64,000 nt of DNA, from NCBI GenBank assembly GCA_963729625.1, contig CAVSOU010000009.1, positions 1-64,000 on the forward strand, in the 5' to 3' direction. This document shows positions 9,522 through 18,193 of this stretch, one piece after another; position 1 is the first letter of the stretch; each line of letters starts with the position of its first letter. The stretch is from an uncultured bacterium (lineage in GTDB: Bacteria > Chloroflexota > UBA5177 > JANWHV01). The notes beneath the pieces are model-generated. The model was not told where the DNA came from and did not search any database. It was given only the letters and a program-made list of their open reading frames with translations. Position numbers and translations under genes: made by a program.

Positions 9522-11590
9522 TGGCTGCACAGGAGAAAGTCAGTGCCCAGCATCTTGCCCGTATGGCCTACCTGTATGTCCGCCAAAGCACGGTGCGCCA
9601 AGTGTTTGAGAACACGGAAAGCACGGTGCGGCAGTATGCGCTGCGCGAGCGGGCCATCGCACTGGGGTGGCCTCCAGAGCGCATCGTCGTCGTAGACAGT
9701 GACTTGGGGCAGTCTGCAGCCTCGGCGGTCGACCGCGCCGGCTTCCAGACGCTTGTCGCCGAGGTCGGCTTGGGGCATGTCGGCATAGTCCTTGGTCTGG
9801 AAGTGTCGCGCCTGGCGCGCAACAACAGTGACTGGCATCACTTGCTGGAGATCTGCGCCTTGACCGAGACCTTGATCCTGGATGAGGACGGCATCTATGA
9901 TCCCGGTCACTTCAACGATCGCCTCTTGCTCGGCTTGAAAGGCACGATGAGTGAGGCCGAGCTCCATGTCTTGCACGCCCGGCTTCGTGGCGGCATTCTG
10001 AGCAAGGCCCGGCGAGGAGAATTGCCGATCCCGTTGCCGATTGGTTTTGTGCGCACCGAAAACGGTACGGTGGTGCTCGACCCTGACGCGCAGATCCAAC
10101 ACGCCGTCCGGCTGTTCTTCGCCACGTTCGCGCGCACCGGCTCCGCCTGGACGACGGTCAAGGTATTCCGAGAGCAGGGCTTGCTCTTCCCGCGTCGTCT
10201 GCACAGCGGCCCCCATAAGGGTGAAGTGCTCTGGGCGCCGCTCTTGCATAGCACCTGCCTGCATCTCTTGCACAACCCACGCTATGCCGGGGCGTCCTTT
10301 TTTGGTCGCACCCGCCAGCACAAACTGGGAGACGGCCGGGTGCGCAGTCGCCTTCTGCCGCAGGACCACTGGCTGGCCCTGCATCAGAATGCGCATGCCG
10401 GCTACATCAGCTGGGCCGACTTTGAACAGAATCGGGCGCGTCTGCTCGAGAATGCCCAGGCGTGCGGCCAGGACCGGCGACACGGGCCGCCACGGGAGGG
10501 GCCGGCGCTGCTGCAGGGTCTCGTCCTGTGCGGCCGGTGCGGGGAGCGGATGACGGTGCGTTATCATCGGCACCACGCGCAGCTCATGCCAAGCTACCTC
10601 TGCCAGCGTGTCGGGATTGAGCACGGCGACCATCTCTGCCAGGTCGTGCCGGGGGCACGTCTGGACCAGTTGATCGGGGAGTTGTTGGTCGCTACGATGA
10701 CCCCCGCCAGCGTGGAGGTCGCACTCGCCGTGCAAGCGGAAGTCGCGCAGGACGTGGAAAACACGGACCGCCTGCGCTTGCTGCAGGTAGAGCGCGCTCG
10801 CTACGACGCCGATCTCGCAGCCCGGCGCTTCCGCCAGGTGGATCCTGACAATCGCCTGGTCGCGGCCGTCCTGGAAGCGGAGTGGAACGAGCAATTGCGC
10901 CTGCTCACAGAGGCCCAGGCGACGTACGATCAGCAGTGCCAGGCCGATCGGCAACAGATCAGCGCGCACGACCGGGCGGCCCTCGTGGAGCTGACCGCGG
11001 ACTTTGCCCGTCTCTGGCGTGACCCGCACACTCCCGACCGCGAGCGCAAACGCATCGCACGTCTTCTCCTCGCGGATGTGACCATCACCAAACAGGACGA
11101 CCATATCCTGGCCCAAGTCCGCTTCGTCGGCGGCGCAACCCGCACACTGCAGGTTCCCTTGAGCCATGACTCCAGCCAGTTCCACACCACCGACCCGGCT
11201 ATCGTGGCCCAGATAGACGACCTGCTCGACCAGTACACGGATGCCGGTGTGGCGCAGGTGCTCAATGAACGTGGCCTCCAGACCTTCACGGGGCGCCCAT
11301 TCACCGCCACCCGCATCACCAGCCTGCGAAAGCGGTGCCACCTACGGGACCGCTACACCAGATTGCGCGCGGCAGGCTTGTTGACCCGCCGCGAGATGGC
11401 CGCGATTCTGGGCATCTCGACTGCCACGGTGCCGGTCTGGCGAGACCAGGGTACGCTCCGCGCCTACACCTATAATGATCAGGGTGCCTGCCTCTATGAG
11501 CCGACCGGCAACTGCCCGCCGCAGAAATACATCACCCGCTACCGTACGCGAAGAATCCTACAGCAGCAGCATGTTGGAGGTGCAGTATGA
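9518..11590 (+). CDS. Large serine recombinase (resolvase, recombinase, zinc-ribbon and C-terminal HTH domains)
   Basis: AYLYVRQST catalytic Ser, EVSRLARN, LL.NPRYAG, LLQGLVLCGRCG. Confidence 0.95.
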   Translation: MMAAQEKVSAQHLARMAYLYVRQSTVRQVFENTESTVRQYALRERAIALGWPPERIVVVDSDLGQSAASAVDRAGFQTLVAEVGLGHVGIVLGLEVSRLARNNSDWHHLLEICALTETLILDEDGIYDPGHFNDRLLLGLKGTMSEAELHVLHARLRGGILSKARRGELPIPLPIGFVRTENGTVVLDPDAQIQHAVRLFFATFARTGSAWTTVKVFREQGLLFPRRLHSGPHKGEVLWAPLLHSTCLHLLHNPRYAGASFFGRTRQHKLGDGRVRSRLLPQDHWLALHQNAHAGYISWADFEQNRARLLENAQACGQDRRHGPPREGPALLQGLVLCGRCGERMTVRYHRHHAQLMPSYLCQRVGIEHGDHLCQVVPGARLDQLIGELLVATMTPASVEVALAVQAEVAQDVENTDRLRLLQVERARYDADLAARRFRQVDPDNRLVAAVLEAEWNEQLRLLTEAQATYDQQCQADRQQISAHDRAALVELTADFARLWRDPHTPDRERKRIARLLLADVTITKQDDHILAQVRFVGGATRTLQVPLSHDSSQFHTTDPAIVAQIDDLLDQYTDAGVAQVLNERGLQTFTGRPFTATRITSLRKRCHLRDRYTRLRAAGLLTRREMAAILGISTATVPVWRDQGTLRAYTYNDQGACLYEPTGNCPPQKYITRYRTRRILQQQHVGGAV

Positions 11591-11596
11591 GACCCA

Positions 11597-12276
11597 CCCC
11601 TTCGTCTGGGGGGTGTAGGGCTTACAGACGCGAATGCTCAGGCCCACGGAGGCGGCAAAGTCGGCAAAGCGGGCATTCCAGACTGGGATCTGGCCGTCCA
11701 TGTCGACCAGCACGCTCTTCATGCGGTCCGTCAGCGCCACCTGCGGCAGACCGCCAAAGTACTCGCAGGCCCGCATCAGGCCGCGAATCAAGGTCGATGT
11801 ATCACAGCGCTTGCTGAACTGCACAAAGCGCATGCGAGAATAACCCAGCACGGCCGAGAACCCGTAGAGCTTGTGTGTCGTCCCCTCTCGCTCGTAGACA
11901 AACTCGCCCCAATCGAACTGTAGTTGCTCCCCCGGTCCCGTCTCGTACCGCACCACCGGCTGGTGCCCGGCCGTCCCCAGTCGAAAGGGCTGCACAAAGT
12001 CCTTCAAAATGGTGATGCTGCCCGTATACCCCTGCGCCTGCAGCCGCTCGCGCATCGTCTCACAGTTATAGAGATGATCCTCGCGCAGCCAGGCCATGAT
12101 CTGCTCCTTATAGGGATCCAGCTTCGACCGCCGCCGCGGCCGTGCTGCTGGGGACGGCGCACCACGCAGGTACTTGCGTACCGTGTTGCGCGAATGTTGG
12201 AGTTCCCTGGCAATCGCCCGGATCGGTTTCCCTTCCGTGGCCAGTCCCAGTATCTTGTTCACGGTCCCACTCCTTA
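11597..12276 (-). pseudogene. istA: IS21 transposase IstA, N-terminal and catalytic part
   Basis: IARELQHSRNTVRKYL, RYETGPGEQLQFDW, LGYSR, TDRMK, CKPYTPQTKG. Start codon displaced to 13570-13572. Confidence 0.9.
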
Positions 12277-13565
12277 GGACCCATCCATAAATAACATTGT
12301 TACTATTTGGTGTGCGGCAGGATGGTGTAGTTCCATTCGCCATGGAAGTCGGCCCGCTCGATGTGCAGACTGTCCATCTCCGCCTCGGTTGGGGTGATGC
12401 CGGTCGGGTAGGCGTGGGTATCCAGGTAACTGGTCACGGTCAGACCCGTCGTAGTTGTCGTCGCCGCAATCAGGCTGAGGATCACCGCGTAGCTGAGCAG
12501 CGGCCGGCCCCGCCAGTTCTGGCTGATGTAGGCAAAGAGCCGGTGCTCAATCTTGTTCCACTTGCTGGTGCCCGGCGGGTAGTGGCACACCGTGATGGCC
12601 AGACCGGTCTCATCTGCCAGGCGCTGCAACTCCCACTTCCACAGGCGCACGCGCGACCCATTGCTGCCGCCGCCATCCGCGGTGATCAGCAGGCGCTGGG
12701 CCAGCGGGTAGTGCGCCTGGCCCGCTTCCTGCCACCAGCGGCGGACACTCGCCACCGCAAAGGCGGCCGTATCATGGTCGATACCGACGTTCACCCAGCC
12801 GGCATTCTCGGCCAGGTCATAAACCCCATAGGGGCTCACCCGTCCTTGGCCCGCGATGGGGAAGTCGTAGACCCGTACTTCCTCCGGCTGGCCTTTGGGT
12901 CGCCACTCCCGGCCCCCGTTCTTGAAGTCCCCGACCAGTTCTTTCTTCTTGGTGTCCACGGAGATGGCCGGCTCGCCCGCCGCCACAAACCCCGTCGCCG
13001 TGGCGTTGATGTGCTCGAACTGGGCATCGCGATCGGCATGGCCTGTCCCTTCCCAGGTCTTGCTGGCGGCCTGCAGACTGTACCGGAGTTCGTGCAGGAT
13101 GTTGGCCACTTTCTGATAGCTGACCTGATGGCCTTTCGCCTGCAATGCGGCCGTCAGCCGCCGCAGACTCAGACAAGTCCAGCGCAACGGGGATTCGGGG
13201 TCGCCGCGCGTCACCGGTTCCACCATCCCCTCCAGGTCCGCCCGCAGGCTCGGATCATGCGTCTCCAGCGACTTGCGACCGCCGCCCGGTCGGCGCACGC
13301 GTCCGGGTGCCGCGCTGGGCACCTGCCCGCTCAGTTCCCGTATCCCCAGACGGATTACCGGCCGCGACAGCCCTGTGGCCCGCGACACCAGGGTGATCCC
13401 GCCCCAGCCAACCGCTACTGCTTCTGTGGCAGCCACGGCCCGCCGCCCCCGCTCATCCAGGTGCCTCGCGACGCGGGCATACCGCTCGGCTATCCTGCTT
13501 TCCTCATCCATGCCTCCACTCTACGCTTGCCCGCTCAATCGCAAACGTTGTTTGTTGATAAGTCC
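12277..13565 (-). mobile_element. ISAzo13-family insertion sequence
   Basis: Imperfect 19-bp inverted repeats GGACccATCcAtAAAtAAC and GGACttATCaAcAAAcAAC. TTA duplication at 12274-12276 and 13566-13568. Confidence 0.9.
12303..13511 (-). CDS. ISAzo13 DDE transposase
   Basis: TRGDPESPLRWT, ISVDTKKKELVG, TADGGGSNG, PPGTSKWNKIEHRLF, FHGEWNY. Confidence 0.95.
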   Translation of the reverse strand: MDEESRIAERYARVARHLDERGRRAVAATEAVAVGWGGITLVSRATGLSRPVIRLGIRELSGQVPSAAPGRVRRPGGGRKSLETHDPSLRADLEGMVEPVTRGDPESPLRWTCLSLRRLTAALQAKGHQVSYQKVANILHELRYSLQAASKTWEGTGHADRDAQFEHINATATGFVAAGEPAISVDTKKKELVGDFKNGGREWRPKGQPEEVRVYDFPIAGQGRVSPYGVYDLAENAGWVNVGIDHDTAAFAVASVRRWWQEAGQAHYPLAQRLLITADGGGSNGSRVRLWKWELQRLADETGLAITVCHYPPGTSKWNKIEHRLFAYISQNWRGRPLLSYAVILSLIAATTTTTGLTVTSYLDTHAYPTGITPTEAEMDSLHIERADFHGEWNYTILPHTK

Positions 13566-13693
13566 TTAGCAAGATTCCATCACCCTTCTCACCTGGTTCT
13601 TTGTGGAGATAAGGGTCATGGTTGGTTCAGGGGTGGGTCAACTCTTTCGGCGATCCAGGGTCAAGTCTACGCCGGCGCGGGCAAATTTGGACA

Positions 13694-13950
13694 TGCGCAC
13701 AATGACCATGGGTGATACCACCTTGTGGCTCGATTCTCTCCAGTCAATGCGTGGTCACAAGTGGAACCCGCACGGCGTGGGTGACCGCGAAGTCGGCTTC
13801 AACGACCCCGAGTACAAGGGTTGGCGCTTGTGTTTCTGCCGAGCCAACGTCATTGTCTCGTTCACGTTCTTTCACACAAACTCTGATATAGCAGGCCAGT
13901 ACGTGCGCATCGTGGACGGGCGTATCAAGCATTACCTGGATACTCATTAG
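13694..13950 (+). pseudogene. Hypothetical ORF, possibly 5'-truncated by IS21
   Basis: Protein-like frame beginning right at the IS end. Confidence 0.35.
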
Positions 13951-14394
13951 TGCCGCTCCCTAGCCACACGAAGATCGCGAAATCCCAGCGGTCAGGCGCG
14001 AATCATCGTAGCTCCCGTATCCGTCAACAAGGCACGCGTACGCCCGCCCGGGCTGGGCCAAACGCTGTTCCTCGACCGGGTCGCTTGTACGTGAGACAGG
14101 GGTGCTCAGAAGCGCGCCGCCTCTCTAAAGCCAGAATCTGTTCCGGCACAGCGGACAGCCTGCAGGCTGATCGCGCTCGTTTTTTTGCAAAGCAGGGATC
14201 AGTCCTGTCGAGCCAGCCTCTGAAGTGACCGATAGCACACCCGCGGAGCAAGTTCGCGCGTAGACGGGGCCCAGCGAAAGGCCTAGGCTTGTAGTTCCCC
14301 ACCAGAGATGGCCAGAGCAAGCGGTATACTTGCACTGGCATTGTGAGGGGCAGCCTCGGCTCCGCATGGGCATCGTACACGGAGGGAAAATGGG

Positions 14395-15207
14395 ATGGTC
14401 GCTCTCAAACGGAGAATAGGATCACGGGGCCGGCTGCGCTTAGCGCTGACGCTCGTCATCTCACTGGCCTGGACGCTGCCCCGTGCACAGGCCAGCCCCG
14501 CTAAGCTGCAGGTTTACGCGTCGCTGATGGGCACGATCGATTACGCGCAGCGGGTGAACAGCAGCATGACGTCCCGCAACGGAGATCAGACGACAAGCAG
14601 TTCGCACGACGACCTGCACACGACACACGTCATTGTGAATGCGCTCTACAACGACAAGGGCGGGTACTACGCGAGTGTGACTGAGAGCATATCCGATCAC
14701 GACGGCAATCTGACTACTACCCGCTCAAAGGATTCATGCAAGGATGTCCAGTACTCCACCGCAGACAAGTCAGGCAGCAACTACACGGTCACTGCCAAAT
14801 ACACCGGACACGCCTGGGTGCGTCCGTACGTCATGGACACAGGCCGGGATTTTGTGCATCCGCACTTCCAGGATCCCTACCAGCTTCAGCTGGGATTCAT
14901 TCTGCCCCAGTTTAGGGGCGAAGCACACTCGGAACGGTTCGACATCAATAACGATCCGTGCGTCACGGCGCCCCCTATACATGATGTGGATACGTATACC
15001 GAGTTGGAAGACCATCAACCGACCGGCATGTGGGAGGGGCATCCCGACAAGCATCCCAAGAGCGCGCGCACTCTCACTGGCAAGGTCATCACGATCGATC
15101 AGGTCCCGGATCCCGAACACGGTACGGCTACGACGACGATCACCTGGCGTTTGAACTACTGCGAGAAGCAGAGCGCTTCACAACCTGCCGGGCCGTGGAA
15201 GTGCTGA
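14395..15207 (+). CDS. Secreted hypothetical protein
   Basis: GGAGG RBS, signal peptide ending AQA, Thr/Ser/Asp-rich, four Cys. Confidence 0.75.
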   Translation: MVALKRRIGSRGRLRLALTLVISLAWTLPRAQASPAKLQVYASLMGTIDYAQRVNSSMTSRNGDQTTSSSHDDLHTTHVIVNALYNDKGGYYASVTESISDHDGNLTTTRSKDSCKDVQYSTADKSGSNYTVTAKYTGHAWVRPYVMDTGRDFVHPHFQDPYQLQLGFILPQFRGEAHSERFDINNDPCVTAPPIHDVDTYTELEDHQPTGMWEGHPDKHPKSARTLTGKVITIDQVPDPEHGTATTTITWRLNYCEKQSASQPAGPWKC

Positions 15208-15599
15208 ATACGGGTCCGGCAGCGCGTCGAGCGTGCAAAGGTGGAGCAGGAACATGGGGGATTCCCGGTGATGCACCGCCCTGCGCCTGTCTGCTGCCGA
15301 CTGCTGGTGCCACGCTGATTTCGGTACCGAGTTCGCATATATACTGGTCGCAGAAGTGGAGAGGTAGGATCGCATGTCGACGTTCCTCGACCAGTCGATG
15401 AGCTTCGATGACTACCTGGTCACGCCGTTGAGAACGTCCCCGCCCGGTAGTTGAACGGCGGTCAGAGAGCTGGTCGTAGGCGTCTTGGTGACGACCAGCC
15501 TCCGCGTCGGCGGGATCCCGAACGTGCTAGCGGACCGCGATTTCGACATGGTCAGGAAACGTTTTGACTTCGTCCTCGCTCACGACGCGCTGCGCCGTC

Positions 15600-15840
15600 G
15601 CGGTGAGGCTTGCTACCAGCGCCAGGTTGCCGCGAGCCTCGCGGATGGCGGACAATGCGGCCCGGAGGTTGCCCGCCTGCTCCGCCTGATCGAGGAGGTC
15701 CAAAGCACGCCGCTGCAGTTCCCGCACCTGGGCGAGCAAGTCAAGGCCCTCGGCAACCTCCTTCACTTGCCTCGCCTTGACCAGGGCGACCGGTAAATGA
15801 CCTTGCCGGTGTCGAGTCAGTGCATCCTCGGAAAGCGCGA
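15600..15840 (-). pseudogene. Remnant of a phage/satellite HTH protein (terminase small subunit-like)
   Basis: ALSEDALTRHRQGHLP..LVKA...DLLAQVRELQRRALDLLDQAEQAGNLRAALSAIREARGNL, N-terminus missing. Confidence 0.5.
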
Positions 15841-15967
15841 ATTATAGATAGTATCCTTCAGACCGGCAGTACGGGCGGTAACGGCTTGGTCCGTGCCGTG
15901 CTCATCAACCCACCTCCTCCTGCTTGTCGCTCTCGAGCGTGACCACTTGCAGCCCGCCGCGCCATAG

Positions 15968-16210
15968 CTACCTCTCGCCGACCTTTCGATAACCGTGAGC
16001 CTTCAACGCTTCCTCCGTCACCTCCCAGCAGTACTGGCGACGCAGCTCTTCCATCTTCTCGGGGGTGAAGCGGTCCTTGAATCGGCGAGGCATATGGGCT
16101 GCTGCTTCCGACAACAGCGAGTCATACCGCGCTGGGTCGTGCTCGGATAGCTCCGCGAGATCGAGCTTGTTGACCGTCCAGCTGACAGCTCCGTCCGCGT
16201 CCACCTCCAT
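15968..16210 (-). CDS. Small hypothetical protein (80 aa)
   Basis: AGGAGG RBS before MEVDADGAV. Confidence 0.55.
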   Translation of the reverse strand: MEVDADGAVSWTVNKLDLAELSEHDPARYDSLLSEAAAHMPRRFKDRFTPEKMEELRRQYCWEVTEEALKAHGYRKVGER

Positions 16211-16221
16211 GGCTGGTCCTC

Positions 16222-16440
16222 CTATGCTGCGTCCGCATGCCCGCGGCCTCGCCGCTCCGGACCAGCCGTGCTTACGCATACTGGTGTAACGTCTCCAGCA
16301 GCCGGTAGCGCACCACGTCGCCGTTTCGCTCTTCCGGCTGCACCAGCGACTTGTCCACCAGCCGCAGCATCCCGTCGAGCACCTCATCTGCCGCCGGTTC
16401 GTCGTCCGCGCGCGCCGCCTCGGCCGCCTCCAGAGGAGCA
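16222..16440 (-). pseudogene. Winged-helix fragment of an ATPase/TPR regulator
   Basis: EVLDGMLRLVDKSLV...RYRLLETLHQYA*ARLVRSGEA, with an in-frame stop. Confidence 0.75.
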
Positions 16441-16601
16441 TCGGGCAAAACTGCGTATTCACGTGGGTGGTCTCGTGGTCGGTTCTGCCTGTTCCCGTAT
16501 GGGAATCGCCCGTCCGCCGGCGCAGACTGTGGTCGTGACGTAGAAGGACGCCGCGAGGAATCGGAGAAGCCGGAAGACCGGCAGGACGAAAGGAGACCAC
16601 G

Positions 16602-16826
16602 GTGAGGCGACAGAACGAGTTCCACCTGGACCATGAGCTGGCGAGAGCCCATCAAGCGCAGATGCGTGACGAGCGGTCCGTCGACCGGCTTGCGCAACAA
16701 GCGACTGCCGGAGCGGAGCCCAGGGCGGCAGTCGATATCACGGTGCAAGCGCGGGCAAAACGCGTCCCGCTTCTCTACAGGCTCAACGTCGGTCGTATCC
16801 TGCGCATGCACCTGATGCCTCGTTAG
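16602..16826 (+). CDS. Small hypothetical protein
   Basis: AAGGAG RBS before GTG, 74 aa, directly upstream of the repeat protein. Confidence 0.6.
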   Translation: MRRQNEFHLDHELARAHQAQMRDERSVDRLAQQATAGAEPRAAVDITVQARAKRVPLLYRLNVGRILRMHLMPR

Positions 16827-16883
16827 CGATGCTTGTCCGTTGGCAGATGAGAGCGAGTACAGATTGAAGAAAGGGCTGGCACG

Positions 16884-17885
16884 ATGAACCTTCGACACGT
16901 TTCCGCGGCTGTGGTAGGCGTTGCAGTACTCTTTGGCGCGACCGGCATGGGCCTTGCATTCGCGAGCGCGACCAGGCAGACAGCTTGTCCGTCGGCACTC
17001 GTCGCCGGACGGCCCGGCGCTCTTGCCGCGGGCGCCAATCGCATTGCCTTCTCCGGGCGGCCGAGTGCCAATGCGGCCAATCGTTACGACTTCTCCGGTC
17101 AGCCGAGTGCGAATGCCGCCAATCGTTACGCCTTCGCCGGGCGACCGAGTGCGAATGCCGCCAATCGTTACGCCTTCGCCGGGCGGCCGAGCGCGAATGC
17201 AGTCAATCGTTATGCCCTCTCCGGTCGGCCGAGTGCGAATGCCGGCAATCGTTACGCCTTCGCCGGGCGGCCGAGTGCGAATGCCGCCAACCGTTACGCC
17301 TTCTCTGGCCGGCCGAGTGCGAATGCAGTCAATCGTTACGCCTTCTCCGGCCGGCCCACTGCCAATGCTGCCAATCGCTCTGCCTTCTCTGGCCGGCCGA
17401 GCGCGAATGCAGTCAACCGTTACGCCTTCTCCGGTCGGCCCACTGCCAATGCGGCCAATCGTTACGCCTTCGCCGGGCGGCCGAGCGCGAATGCAGTCAA
17501 TCGTTACGCCCTCTCTGGCCGGCCGAGCGCGAATGCAGTCAATCGTTACGCCTTCTCCGGGCGGCCGAGTGCGAATGCCGCCAATCGTTACGCCTTCTCC
17601 GGGCGGCCGAGTGCGAATGCCGCCCGGCAGCCCCTGATGCAGCGCCACTTGGCCGGCACGCCGCCCGCGCTCAGTAAGGCTCGTAGCCTGAGTGGTGTTG
17701 CGCCCAGCCCGTCTGGCCGGGGACCCAGCTTGCTGCACCGTGCCTCCTTGGTAGGCCGCCCGGCCCCGCTAGCCATCCATCGGACTCTGAGCGGCACTGG
17801 TCTGGCTGTCGCCAACATCCACTTGGCTCCCAGCAGCGTTCGGACCATGAAGGATGCTGCAGCCCAATGCCGTTACCTTGTTTGA
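16884..17885 (+). CDS. Secreted tandem-repeat protein (14 copies of NRYAFSGRPSANAA)
   Basis: Signal peptide ending ASA. Many repeat variants are synonymous in this frame. One Cys on each side of the array. Confidence 0.8.
   Translation: MNLRHVSAAVVGVAVLFGATGMGLAFASATRQTACPSALVAGRPGALAAGANRIAFSGRPSANAANRYDFSGQPSANAANRYAFAGRPSANAANRYAFAGRPSANAVNRYALSGRPSANAGNRYAFAGRPSANAANRYAFSGRPSANAVNRYAFSGRPTANAANRSAFSGRPSANAVNRYAFSGRPTANAANRYAFAGRPSANAVNRYALSGRPSANAVNRYAFSGRPSANAANRYAFSGRPSANAARQPLMQRHLAGTPPALSKARSLSGVAPSPSGRGPSLLHRASLVGRPAPLAIHRTLSGTGLAVANIHLAPSSVRTMKDAAAQCRYLV
17037..17624 (+). repeat. Tandem array of 14 x 42 bp
   Basis: Consensus AATCGTTACGCCTTCTCCGGGCGGCCGAGTGCGAATGCCGCC, contiguous, without spacers. 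Confidence 0.97.
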
Positions 17886-18193
17886 GCCCTATCCCTTCGG
17901 TGCCGGGCGGTGAGACGATCGCCGCCCGGCACCGGCGATCGACGGTCGAGTGCGACCACATTGCGCGGGCTGAGCAGGCGCGCTACACTGGCGCCAGCAA
18001 GCTGTTCCTATCTGTTCCGGCAGGTCTCGATGGACGCGATAATGGCTCTCGTGACCACGCTGCACGGATACCAAACTCCGGCAATGGCGACGTTGGCCTC
18101 ATTCGCGGCAATGCGCCAATCACCTCGCGCCCGTAGCCGGCCACGCGCTGTGGCCGACTGAGGCAGTGGGCATTGAGTAGAGGGGGTTACGAC

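Larger units (their letters stand above)
8191..11602 (+). mobile_element. Four-gene large serine recombinase element inserted in istA
   Basis: Flanked by CCCCTT at 8185-8190 and 11597-11602. Removing it restores istA PQTKGKIER. Confidence 0.9.
6581..13683 (-). mobile_element. IS21-family element carrying two nested insertions
   Basis: TG...CA ends with imperfect inverted repeats (TGTCAAGGCCGGCCGGGGTTTGACCC versus TGCCCGCGCCGGCGTAGACTTGACCC) enclosing istA and istB. Confidence 0.85.

Noticed and set aside
6570-13695. Target-site duplication around IS21
   Set aside because: The flanks GTGAAC and AATTTG do not match, so an adjacent rearrangement is possible.
9497-13715. Long antisense ORFs 9497-11341 and 12297-13715
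   Set aside because: They are shadows of the recombinase and transposase genes in GC-rich DNA.
14100-14330. Riboswitch upstream of the 14395 gene
   Set aside because: No recognisable aptamer consensus.
17037-17624. 42-bp array as a CRISPR array
   Set aside because: Units are contiguous with no unique spacers, the length is a multiple of 3, it lies inside a signal-peptide ORF, and no cas genes are present.
16272-17738. Alternative-frame repeat ORFs (488 aa minus, 238 aa and 230 aa plus, one Cys-rich)
   Set aside because: They are by-products of a stop-free repeat. Only 16884-17885 has a signal peptide and conservative variation.
14136-18022. Shared ATCTGTTCCGGCA at 14136 and 18010, plus other CTGTTCC copies upstream of secreted genes, as a regulon motif
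   Set aside because: Distances to start codons vary and a match this short can occur by chance in 64 kb.
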